Source: Eggerthellaceae bacterium (GTDB lineage: Bacteria; Elusimicrobiota; Elusimicrobia; Elusimicrobiales; Elusimicrobiaceae). Taken from it: a stretch of DNA of 64,000 nucleotides. Position 1 is the first letter of the stretch. Every line of letters begins with the position of its first letter. Shown here in pieces: positions 49,217 to 58,700 of this stretch. Below the pieces are notes generated by a model, which had not been told where the DNA came from, made no database searches, and worked only from the letters and a program-made list of their open reading frames with translations. The position numbers and the translations under genes are program-made. The stretch covers positions 22,294-86,293 of the forward strand of contig CAVHDF010000001.1 in assembly GCA_963634865.1 (NCBI GenBank), given 5' to 3'.

Positions 49217-50749
49217 ATGTTCAACCTGTTTAACAAAGGGTCCAAGGTCAAAGCGGGCAAACAGAATAACCAAGAAAAACCCGCCGCGGCCGCCCTCAAC
49301 GCCTCCGGCAAAAAGCCCGCCCCCAAAGGGAGCGTGCTGAGCAATGCCTTTAAGAAGTTAAACTCCATGGACCGCCGCCAGGCCTATACCTACGGCGCGG
49401 TGGTGGTAGTGGCCTTGGTGGCGCTGCTGACATTGGGCAGCGTGGCGGGCTCGTCTGACAAAGAAGATTTTTCTGATTTTGAAACCCGTGGGTATGATTT
49501 GGCCAATATGCCCTTTTCTACCGATGAGGCGGAGCAATACCTCTTGGCCTCTAAATACCCGGATATGAAGGATAAAGGCGCCCCCGGCCTCTACAGCGCC
49601 AGCGACAAAGCCGCCCGCCAAGCCGAGGATGCCGAGGCCGCCGAAGAGGCCGCCAGTGAGCTGGACACTTCCGCCACGTCCCAAGGCAGCGCTTATGTGC
49701 CGGGGCGGTATTATGGCGGCGGAGCCGGTGGCCGCGGGAGTGGGGCCCGCACGCAAGTGGGCAGCTTAAACAGCGCCAGCTTGAAAGGGGCCAGCGGCAC
49801 CGGGATGAGCGGCACCTTTGGGCCGCGGGGGGACTTTTCTAACTTCCGCAGCCAAGAAAAAGGCAGCGACCGCTTTACCCCGCAAGGCCCGGGCAGCGGG
49901 GATGCGCGCAAAGCTTTGTATCAAACGGCCATGGGCAGTCGAGCAGCGGCGGGTTTAAAAGACGGCAAGTTGCTCAATGCCAAAAAGGCCATGATGGGCG
50001 GCAATATTAAGGGCAGCGGAGCTTTTATGGACGACAGCGGCGGCGTCAAGTTAGATAAGCTGGGCGGTTTGCAGCTGGATACCAACGCTCCCGCCAGCAG
50101 CGCCGACCTGAGTGGTTTGGATGAGGGCGTGAATGACGCCAATAAAAAAGCCCAAGAGCAGGCCCAGGAAGAAGATAAAAACAGAATTTGGCGGGAAATG
50201 CTTTCCCAGATACTTCAAAAAGTGGTAGATTTTGGGCTCAATGTCGCACAGCAATATGTGGGGGCTAAGATTTCCCAAGCGCAGCAGGTCAATGCCTCTG
50301 TCAATGCTCAAACAGCCAATGCCGTTAAAGCGGATTATGCCCTGGTAAAAAGTTCGGAAAGTGCCCAAGGGCAGTTGGGCTCTACGCTGAACTACAATGA
50401 TTTAGTTAACATGAACCCTTCAGAATTGAAGGGATTGGGTATTACTAAGACTACGGCAAATGGTTCTACCACTTTTTCTATGGGGGAGAGCAGTGTAACT
50501 ACGGGCTCTAATGCTACGCTTGTTTTAGGGGACTCGCAGCAAAAACCTTTGTCTAAAATAAATAATGCCCGCTGGGATGCGTATTATTCCAGCTGGGAGG
50601 ATAGTCATAAGGCTCAAATTAAAACTTGGAAACAGGAAGCGAAGTTGAACTATGTGTCTAACCAGTCTGGTTATACGGGGCGTCAGTTTGACCCCACTAC
50701 CGGCAAATGGTATCGCGTTGTAAACGGACAGTTAATTTGGGAAAAATAG
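49217..50749 (+). CDS. Single-pass membrane protein, Gly/Ser/Ala-rich linker, divergent C-terminus
   Basis: Basic N-terminus, TM YGAVVVVALVALLTLGSV, low-complexity middle. Confidence 0.8.
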   Translation: MFNLFNKGSKVKAGKQNNQEKPAAAALNASGKKPAPKGSVLSNAFKKLNSMDRRQAYTYGAVVVVALVALLTLGSVAGSSDKEDFSDFETRGYDLANMPFSTDEAEQYLLASKYPDMKDKGAPGLYSASDKAARQAEDAEAAEEAASELDTSATSQGSAYVPGRYYGGGAGGRGSGARTQVGSLNSASLKGASGTGMSGTFGPRGDFSNFRSQEKGSDRFTPQGPGSGDARKALYQTAMGSRAAAGLKDGKLLNAKKAMMGGNIKGSGAFMDDSGGVKLDKLGGLQLDTNAPASSADLSGLDEGVNDANKKAQEQAQEEDKNRIWREMLSQILQKVVDFGLNVAQQYVGAKISQAQQVNASVNAQTANAVKADYALVKSSESAQGQLGSTLNYNDLVNMNPSELKGLGITKTTANGSTTFSMGESSVTTGSNATLVLGDSQQKPLSKINNARWDAYYSSWEDSHKAQIKTWKQEAKLNYVSNQSGYTGRQFDPTTGKWYRVVNGQLIWEK

Positions 50750-50759
50750 GAGCTAACAT

Positions 50760-52223
50760 ATGAAAATCTTAACATGGATCTTGGATAAATCGGGCAAAAT
50801 GGCCCTTTCCGGCCTGCAAGCGGTGGGTTTATCCGCCGCGGTGGGATTGGCCGGCATCGGGGCGTGGCAACTGCTCAGCGCACCGGAAGACGTCAACCCG
50901 AATACGGCTTTTTCATCCGGTGCCGATGATGAAGTGGTGTTCGTGGCGGGTGGCGCTGCGGGCGGCGCTTACAGCGGCGTAGGCTATGGCGAAGGGGGCG
51001 AAGTACGCTCCGGCATTCGCGCCACGCTGTCTAAGGATATGCAGCTGATGAACAGCGATTTGCAACGCGTGCAAATCCCGGATACGCCGCAGGTCATCCA
51101 AGACGAGCAGAAAATCCAAGCTTTTAAAATGGACGGCGCCACCGAGGGCCTGGGCTTAGGGGCCAATGGCGCTTCTGCCTTGGGCGCAGGGCCCAACGGA
51201 GCTATGGGTTCTTTGCAGGATAAAATTGCCGCGTTAGAGGCCAATGCCAAAGAGCAAGCCGCTAAAGCGCAGGCGGCTGCCGGCGGGAAAGACGCCGTGG
51301 CTGCCGCGGCGGCGGCCTTAAATAAATCCGCGGCGGGCAAATACGGCATGAATGCCGGCATGGCCCGTGCGGGTGGACACAATTTAAACTCTACCCCCTT
51401 GCAGGCTTCCACGGGGATGGAAGGCGAAAGCTTGCGCGGCGGTGTGCTGGGCGGTAACCAAGCCAATCAGCGTTTGGCCGCGGCCAATAGCCCGGTGGCT
51501 GCCTTTCAGGGCGGGCGTGACGCTACGGTCTTAGACGGTCGCCGCTTTAGCGGAATGAACTCCTTAGAGGGCTTGCGCAAACAGTCGGCCGAAGTGGCCG
51601 CCAACCGCAACCGCTCCGTCAACGAGGGTACCCGCGTCTTTATGGGTGGGGAAAAACTCTCCGGCGGCATCCAGCTGGTGGGGGAGAACGTGACCACCGG
51701 CGGCGGGGCCAGCTCGGAAGATTTTAAAGACGTCGCTATGCCCAATTTGAGCGGGGTGCAGTCGGACGCAGAAAGTTACGAGGCTGCGCGTGAATCGCTG
51801 CGCCGCGACATCCGGGACTTTGTAAAGAGCTGCAACAACTGGTCTTGGGTTCCCATATATTTGGATATAGGCACTCGTGCGGCGTGGAAAGTAAAAGCCC
51901 GCAATGAACTCAATAAAAAGATTGATAATTTTAGAAATATGTGGGGAAAGTCTAGCTATGAGAAAAACAATAGCCAGGGCGAATACTCCGATATGGCCAG
52001 CAAAGTGGTCAAGAAAATGTTAGGCGCCATGTATACCCCGGGCAGACCTAAGAAGTTGGCCCAGGACTACAGCGTGAGATACTTTGCTGTGGACGGGGCT
52101 TTTTGGAAGAAAAATTGGGATACGCCGACGGACCAAGAAAAGGCGGATTTCAACAAAAAGTATTCCAATAGCTATCAATACAGTGGTGCGTTAAGAGACC
52201 ACTATGCCAACGAAATAAAATAA
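50760..52223 (+). CDS. Gly/Ala-rich membrane-anchored protein, paralog of 52251
   Basis: N-terminal hydrophobic helix; shared QS..VAANR.RS.NE...VFMGGE.LSGGIQ motif. Confidence 0.8.
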   Translation: MKILTWILDKSGKMALSGLQAVGLSAAVGLAGIGAWQLLSAPEDVNPNTAFSSGADDEVVFVAGGAAGGAYSGVGYGEGGEVRSGIRATLSKDMQLMNSDLQRVQIPDTPQVIQDEQKIQAFKMDGATEGLGLGANGASALGAGPNGAMGSLQDKIAALEANAKEQAAKAQAAAGGKDAVAAAAAALNKSAAGKYGMNAGMARAGGHNLNSTPLQASTGMEGESLRGGVLGGNQANQRLAAANSPVAAFQGGRDATVLDGRRFSGMNSLEGLRKQSAEVAANRNRSVNEGTRVFMGGEKLSGGIQLVGENVTTGGGASSEDFKDVAMPNLSGVQSDAESYEAARESLRRDIRDFVKSCNNWSWVPIYLDIGTRAAWKVKARNELNKKIDNFRNMWGKSSYEKNNSQGEYSDMASKVVKKMLGAMYTPGRPKKLAQDYSVRYFAVDGAFWKKNWDTPTDQEKADFNKKYSNSYQYSGALRDHYANEIK

Positions 52224-52250
52224 GTTTATTTTTAAGGAGCCGGAGGAATT

Positions 52251-53708
52251 ATGAAAGTCTTACAAATCTTAAAAAGCCGCATAGGCAACGTCAGCAAGGC
52301 GGGCCTGTTGGGCTTGGGCGTAACGGCCGGGTTGGTGGGCCTGAACCTGTACAATTACGCGACGGAAGGCCCCGCGGCCCAAGAGCAGAAAATCCGCTCT
52401 CTGTCGCAGATTATCGCCTCCGGCGACGCGGTGCCAGCGGAATACTCCGGCATCAATATCAGCCGGGGCCAAAACGAGTTTGCCACCGCCGAGGAAGTCT
52501 CCGCCCGCGAAGGCCGTATGTTTGACGGCGGAGAGGGCGCTGTGGCTGCTTTGAGCGGGATTTCCGTGCGGGGCACGGCTTTAGGGCAGGGCGAAGGCGG
52601 TTTGGGCATGGGTGAAAATGCTGCCACCGCCATTGCCGGCTCCCGCGCAGCGGCGGGTGCGGCTGCACCGGACGGCTCGGCCATTGCGGCTGCCGCGGCG
52701 GAAAAAGCCAAAGGCACCCAAATTAACAAATTGGGCGAAGAAAGAGCGGGCGGCTTGCAGCGTGCCGCCATTACCCGCGCTTCGGGCTCTAGCTTAAGCA
52801 CGGGTGGCCAAGGGTTCGGTGCGTCCGCTACGTCGTCCACTCGCAGCGCAGCCCGCAGTGAGGCGGCCTCCCGGATAGGGGCCTCTTCTATCAGCGGAGC
52901 CATGCCCGAAGGCAGCACCTTGGTGGCCTCTAACGGCAGTTTCCGCGGGGCGGCTTCGTCCTCTTTCACCCCGGCGGGGCGCAATGCCCGCGTGGGCAAA
53001 GGTTTGAACTCCAAAGAAGGGCGCGACTTGCGCTCCATTGCCGTGCAGTCGGGCAAAGTGGCCGCCAACCGGCACCGCTCCGATAACGAAGCGGCCCAGG
53101 TCTTTATGGGTGGGGAGCGTCTCTCCGGCGGTATCCAAACCACGGACGGCAGCGTAACCACCGGCGGTACGGCCAGTACGGAAGATTTTGAAGGAGATTT
53201 GCAAGCCAAGCAGGCCAATTTGGACAACAGCATCAGCGAAATTGACACCACGGAGCAAGAGCGTGCCGCTAAACGCAGCCAGTTGGGCAAAAAATTGATT
53301 GCGCTGTTGTTTGCCACAATTGCGGCGATGATTGCCATTTCTACTTTGAGAAACATGAGCCCGTGGGGCACCGTGGCGGCTGCGGTGGTTACGGCGGCAA
53401 TGGCCCTTTCCTTAGTTTTGTTCTTAGTTGACTGTGGTAAGTACATGGATAAATACCATTCGGATGCTGCCAGTATTTCATTTATGGTTTGCGGCGTCTT
53501 GCTTATGGCGGCTGTGGGTATTGCGTGGGTCAAGCCTGTATCCAAGTGGATTAGCAAAATTGTCGGCAAAGTCGGCAAGGGCTTGGGATTAGGCGAAGGC
53601 TTTGTGGCAAACGCAGGGTCCTCTGCTATGGGCAAAGCGGTTAGCCAAGCAAAGACAGACGTGGTTGAGGCCGTCTCAGAGGACGGCAGTGGCTTAAGTA
53701 ACGGCTGA
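52251..53708 (+). CDS. Gly/Ala/Ser-rich membrane-anchored protein with C-terminal hydrophobic helices
   Basis: Same shared motif as 50760; three hydrophobic segments near the C-terminus. Confidence 0.8.
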   Translation: MKVLQILKSRIGNVSKAGLLGLGVTAGLVGLNLYNYATEGPAAQEQKIRSLSQIIASGDAVPAEYSGINISRGQNEFATAEEVSAREGRMFDGGEGAVAALSGISVRGTALGQGEGGLGMGENAATAIAGSRAAAGAAAPDGSAIAAAAAEKAKGTQINKLGEERAGGLQRAAITRASGSSLSTGGQGFGASATSSTRSAARSEAASRIGASSISGAMPEGSTLVASNGSFRGAASSSFTPAGRNARVGKGLNSKEGRDLRSIAVQSGKVAANRHRSDNEAAQVFMGGERLSGGIQTTDGSVTTGGTASTEDFEGDLQAKQANLDNSISEIDTTEQERAAKRSQLGKKLIALLFATIAAMIAISTLRNMSPWGTVAAAVVTAAMALSLVLFLVDCGKYMDKYHSDAASISFMVCGVLLMAAVGIAWVKPVSKWISKIVGKVGKGLGLGEGFVANAGSSAMGKAVSQAKTDVVEAVSEDGSGLSNG

Positions 53709-53716
53709 GGTAAACT

Positions 53717-54010
53717 ATGGCAAAGGTAGATCAAGTGTTGAAGCGTATTTTTGCTTGGGCCGTGCTACTGATTATCGTGGCTGGCGGGGTGGTGGCGTAT
53801 GCGCATTTTAATATGCAGTACCGCCAAGCCCAGCGGGAATTGATTTACATCAAAGCCCGTGAGCAGGTCGCACAAGAAAAGGCCCAGCGCCAGCGCGACT
53901 ATCAAAAGCGCCTGCGCGAACGGGAGCTGCGCCAGCAGTTTAACCGCGGCCGCGTGGTGGACATCAGCGGACGGGCCGCCCTGCCCACCGGGTCCGGCCC
54001 GACCAAGTAG
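53717..54010 (+). CDS. Small TM + basic coiled-coil protein
   Basis: GAGG RBS; IFAWAVLLIIVAGGVVAY; Arg/Gln/Glu-rich helix. Confidence 0.75.
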   Translation: MAKVDQVLKRIFAWAVLLIIVAGGVVAYAHFNMQYRQAQRELIYIKAREQVAQEKAQRQRDYQKRLRERELRQQFNRGRVVDISGRAALPTGSGPTK

Positions 54011-54054
54011 CTATTTGACCTGGGCCGCCGCACTCCGGCGGCCCGGAGGAATAT

Positions 54055-55587
54055 ATGAAACAGGAAAAAAACAATTTCCCGCCCGCAGAAGAGCCGCATT
54101 TGGCTCCGCTGACGGTGCGCCAACCTCTCACGCCACCCCCGGCTGCCCGGCCGTCTTTTGAAAAGCGCTGGCAGCGCAAGCGGTATTTGGCCGGGGCGGC
54201 CCTTGTTTTTTTCTTGTTTGCGATTATATTTATAATACCGGTGGGACATTTGCCGGGGCTGCGCCATTTGGCGTGGATGATGGGTTTTAGTGTGCAAGAT
54301 ACCCAAACCATCAGCTTTGCCAAAGCTTTGCTGACGTGGGTGGGCGATGGGGAACGCATAACTGCCGCTCGGGCTGAGACGGCGGGTGCGTTATCGGTCT
54401 TTGACAGAAATGTGCAAGAGGGCTTTAACGCCGCGGGGCCGCGCTCGGGGTTGTTTGACCTGGCGGCGGTGAACGCTTCGCGTCGCGCGCGTGGGTTGCG
54501 CGCGGACGGGCTGTCCGGCGCGTACGAGGCTTTGGACGGGGAAGAAGGCCCCGCCGCCATGACCCGCCGCGTCAACGGTTGGAGCCAAGAGGCCCGCCAA
54601 GCAGACGCCGCCAAAAACCGCACCGAAGTATACTTTGGCCAAGACGCTGATGTAATGGCCCGCACCGCGGCGGAGAACCGCCGCACGCGCGGCTCTTCAG
54701 ACACTATTGCCTTGTTGCCCAAGGCTCAGGTGGCGGGGAGCGTTCCATTCAACTGGTTTGGCGAAGCGGTGGAAAAAGCCACCATGCAAAGCTTAAGCGG
54801 GCTGGATGATTCGCTCGGGCAAAAAAGCCGCACGGGCAGCACCGCGCTGAGCCGCTCCGGCGGGAACCTGACCGCCGGGCAAAAGGCCCAGCAGGATTTA
54901 GCCCGCGTGTGGCTGATGAGCAGCGCGTCGGAACGGGCCAAACAGCTGATGCTCAAAAAGCAGCTGGCCTTGGCGGGGTATGTTTCTATGGAGATGCCCA
55001 AAAAGGTGTTTGACTCCATGGGCATGGGCTCGGGGGTGCGTTTGCAGGGCGATGAAATGGTCGGCCAGTTTGAAGACGCCAACCGCCGTTTGCTTAATGA
55101 CGAGCAATGCCGCAAACTGGGCGAAAGCGCCAACGTGACCGTGAACAACAATTTAGAGAAATCCCGCGAGCTCATCCGGCAGGTGCGTGCCTCAGTGCCC
55201 AAGAGCTGCGGGGCCGTGCAAGGGTGGCGCGGCAATTTGACCGCCGTGCAGACCCAATGCAAAGAAGTGGGGGACACCTTTTCTAATATGAGCACCGCTT
55301 GCGGCGTGCAATTAAAGTCCAAGGGCCGCTGCGAGACGACGTATTTGAATTCGTACGCGGATGATTTAGACGCCGCTTGTGAGGCCTTGGCCGCGGCAGA
55401 AGCGGCTGACCCGCAAGACGAAGAGGCCTTAAAAGAGGCCCAAGATTTGGTCAAACGGACCATTAACGGATTTGACGAAAAACAGCTGGACAATACGTTT
55501 AACATCGGCGTAGACAAGCTGCCCGCGGGGGAGAATGACTTCTTCCCGGTCATGGAAGGCAGCACCGGGTGGATCAACCCGGGTTGA
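54055..55587 (+). CDS. Single-pass membrane protein with Cys-containing helical C-terminus
   Basis: GGAGG RBS; TM YLAGAALVFFLFAIIFIIPV; six C-terminal Cys. Confidence 0.8.
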   Translation: MKQEKNNFPPAEEPHLAPLTVRQPLTPPPAARPSFEKRWQRKRYLAGAALVFFLFAIIFIIPVGHLPGLRHLAWMMGFSVQDTQTISFAKALLTWVGDGERITAARAETAGALSVFDRNVQEGFNAAGPRSGLFDLAAVNASRRARGLRADGLSGAYEALDGEEGPAAMTRRVNGWSQEARQADAAKNRTEVYFGQDADVMARTAAENRRTRGSSDTIALLPKAQVAGSVPFNWFGEAVEKATMQSLSGLDDSLGQKSRTGSTALSRSGGNLTAGQKAQQDLARVWLMSSASERAKQLMLKKQLALAGYVSMEMPKKVFDSMGMGSGVRLQGDEMVGQFEDANRRLLNDEQCRKLGESANVTVNNNLEKSRELIRQVRASVPKSCGAVQGWRGNLTAVQTQCKEVGDTFSNMSTACGVQLKSKGRCETTYLNSYADDLDAACEALAAAEAADPQDEEALKEAQDLVKRTINGFDEKQLDNTFNIGVDKLPAGENDFFPVMEGSTGWINPG

Positions 55588-55739
55588 CACAGGGGCCGAA
55601 TATAGCTTAAATGTAAGTATCGGCTCTACCGATTTAGTAATGCAGTACCCGGCCTTAACGCGCCCAGGCGGCCGTTAAGACCCAGCAGTACCCGCAGAAG
55701 CTTTGCGGGAATACGGCAGTTATCTCTAAGGAGACTGTT

Positions 55740-58700
55740 ATGGCTGAGAATAAGAAGGATTCCTTCACGTTCAGCGATAAGATTAAAAACAGCAAGCCTG
55801 CTTTTAATCCGTTCTCTAAACGTGTTTCCTCCAAAATCGGCAGCAACGGAAAGCCCAAAAAGACCCTTTTTGAGCGCACCCGCCGCGACGCGCCTTTCTT
55901 CGTCGCTGCAGCTGCTGCCTTGCTGATGCTCCCGTTCCTGTATAAATACAGCGGCAGCATCAACGAAGGAGTGATTGTACCTCCGGGCTCGGAGGACTCC
56001 GTTTTTGACCCCGAACGCTATGGGTTTAGCCCCAGCAACGAGGACCCGAACGGACAGATTGCACAAATGGCCGGGCGCGACCCCTTGAGCCTGATCAAAG
56101 GTTGGGGCTCTGCCGAACCGGAAGAAGACCCCCAGATGTACGACGTGGACCGCCGCGACGGTTTGGACGATACGTATACGCCCTCTGCCCCGACGGCCAA
56201 CGATTCGCCCCGGGCGTATGCTCCGGCGGCTACGCGCGCCGCGTTCCAACGCAACCCGACCAAGATTAAAGAGTTGGGTTCTGCCTCTATGAACCTGCGC
56301 GGCGGCGGCGGTGGGTTTGGCCGCTTTGGCGGTGCCAACCTCAAACGCGCGGCGAACCAAAACTCGGCCGGCGCCCCCAAACAGGGCACCAAGCCGGTGT
56401 CTTTACAACCGTTGCGCGCGGCGGATAAACCGTCCCGCTCTTACTTTGGGCAAAGCAGCGCCGCTCAGGCCCGCGCTTCGCGCGACGCCATGGGCAAGGC
56501 CGACGCTAAAACCGCTCTGCGCGATGCTATGTTTAAACCCGTGGAAAACGGCCGCTTAGGCGGTTTGGGCACGGGCGACTTCGCCTCTGGCGGCGGCTCG
56601 GGCAAGTTAGACATCACCCACGATTACAAAGGCATCACCCCGTGGTGGTGGGACATGATGAAAGAACGCGCCCAAAAGAAATGGGAGTGGAAATACTTCC
56701 TGTGGAGAAAGAACTTGCTTGAACCCTTGATCAAGGACGTCTTAGCCACGGGGTTGACTCATCTCTTGAACTGTGCCATTTGGGGTAACGCTGATGGGGA
56801 CATGGACTATTTCCTCGGAGGGGCTCCTGGAACAAGTAAAGAGGGGTTTTGTCAGGGCATTAAAGAATCTGAATGGGACGAAGCTGTTGCCCGAGCCAAA
56901 GCAGAGGGTAAGGATAGACCGTGGGGCTCTTTCCCCAATTCGGAGGCTAATTGCCGCCGCAACATGAACCTCGGAGACGACGTGAAAGTGAAGTTTGAAA
57001 AAGGCAGCTCTGTCGTGGGCGGAAAAGGTGTCATCGGAGCGAGATTGTCTTGCTTGGGTGGTGTGTGGCGAGGTGGTAAAAATGCAGGAGCCACCCTGGT
57101 AGATGATCGCCTCTCTTGCCGGGCTGTAGATACGACGCATAACTTTGAATTGCAGACCAGTGGTAAGGCCGCCAGCTGGCGTTATAAATACCACGTCATA
57201 GTAGCTAAAAACTATGTGCCGTTTGACAATGCCGGTACGCACTACCTCTGCGGTATGGGCAATAAAAATGCCAATAAACAGAGTGTGGCGGCGGTAGAGA
57301 ATGCCCAGGGCGCCGAAAGCGATATTAGAAAGAAAGACGCCACCAAAAAGACATATAGCCGTTACGCCGCGGATAATTATGACGGCTTGCAGCGTGGCGA
57401 TGTTAACGACGCGTGCGTCATCTATGTGGCGCAAGGACCTGCCTTGAAATGGCAAGACTTCAAAGCCAAAACCATGACGCTGTTGGAGCAATTGGGGCTG
57501 AAGAAAAACGGAAGAGCTGTTTCCGGAGAAGAAGCCTTCAATGCTTTGCAGCTGTACTTTATTGAGGGCTATGCTTTCAAGCACCCGATGTCTAAAGGCG
57601 GCAATGAAACCAAGGCCATCAATGACAATGGCAAAATGGTGAAAGTGAGAAACATGCCGGTGGATGTCTTGCCCATGGCATATGTAGACTTTGAGAGCTA
57701 CTATGTCTTGCGCCGCAAGAATGACTCTAAAGAAGACTCTGCCAAGCTCAATGATAAGTGGCGTGTGTATGAGGGGAATTTCACGCATGTGGACGGATCA
57801 CCCCGCACCACTTTGGCTGGAGCTAACCAAAGAGTGGATTCTGCCCGTGTGGTTTGCCCGTTCGCTAACTTCCAAATCAAAGCGCAAGCGATAGATTCCT
57901 TGAGCAGCTTGGTCGCGGACTTGACCTTTAACCCGAAAGTGCACGGCACTACGGGGGGCGGCATCAAGGTAACCCTGGACGTGCCGGAAGCCGGCTTGAA
58001 CGGCATCCCGGTGAAGGGGGCTATGGAAGGCGGAGAGGACAACAAGACGGTGGCTACGCATCGCTTTGAGCCGAATGCCGCGCAGATGAAAGCCTTAAAT
58101 GACGCTTTGGCCCAAAACGGGCAGATTACCGCCAAGTGGACGGCAAGACGTGGGGACAAGTTGTCCCAAGATACGGCCGATTATGCCGGCAATGAGCTGT
58201 TCGTAGAGCAACCGGAAGAAACCGCCTCTTGCCAAGACGGCGAAACAATGCAGTCTACGGACGAGCAAAATTGCACTTGGACGGGCACCTGCAAGGCCGG
58301 TCAGTGGAGCATTGTTAAGGATGATCCCAACTGCGGGCAAGCTGGTTCCAACGGTGGCAATGGAAATGGCAATGGGAATGGTACCGATGTACAAGGAATG
58401 AGACCGTCCCAACCCGTAAGCTTTTTCCAAGGGTTCAACTCAATTCCTGCCAGTGCGGCGGACCGCTTGAACGCCGATGTGAGAAAAGCGGGTGAGAAGA
58501 ACACCGCCGCCAAGCAATGGGGCCAGTGCAAAATAGACATGGACATCGCCACCAAGAAATTGTCTTATGTGGACGATTCCGTTAAAGCGCTGTTGGCCGC
58601 GGCGAAGGCGAAATACGATGCGGCCAATAAAGAAAACGGCACGTACTTGGACTACGATGAAGCCAATGTAACCGTAGCCAACCTGCTGGATGCTATGTTG

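Noticed and set aside
52355..53734. 459-aa minus-strand ORF
   Set aside because: Antisense shadow of a Gly/Ala/Ser-rich gene
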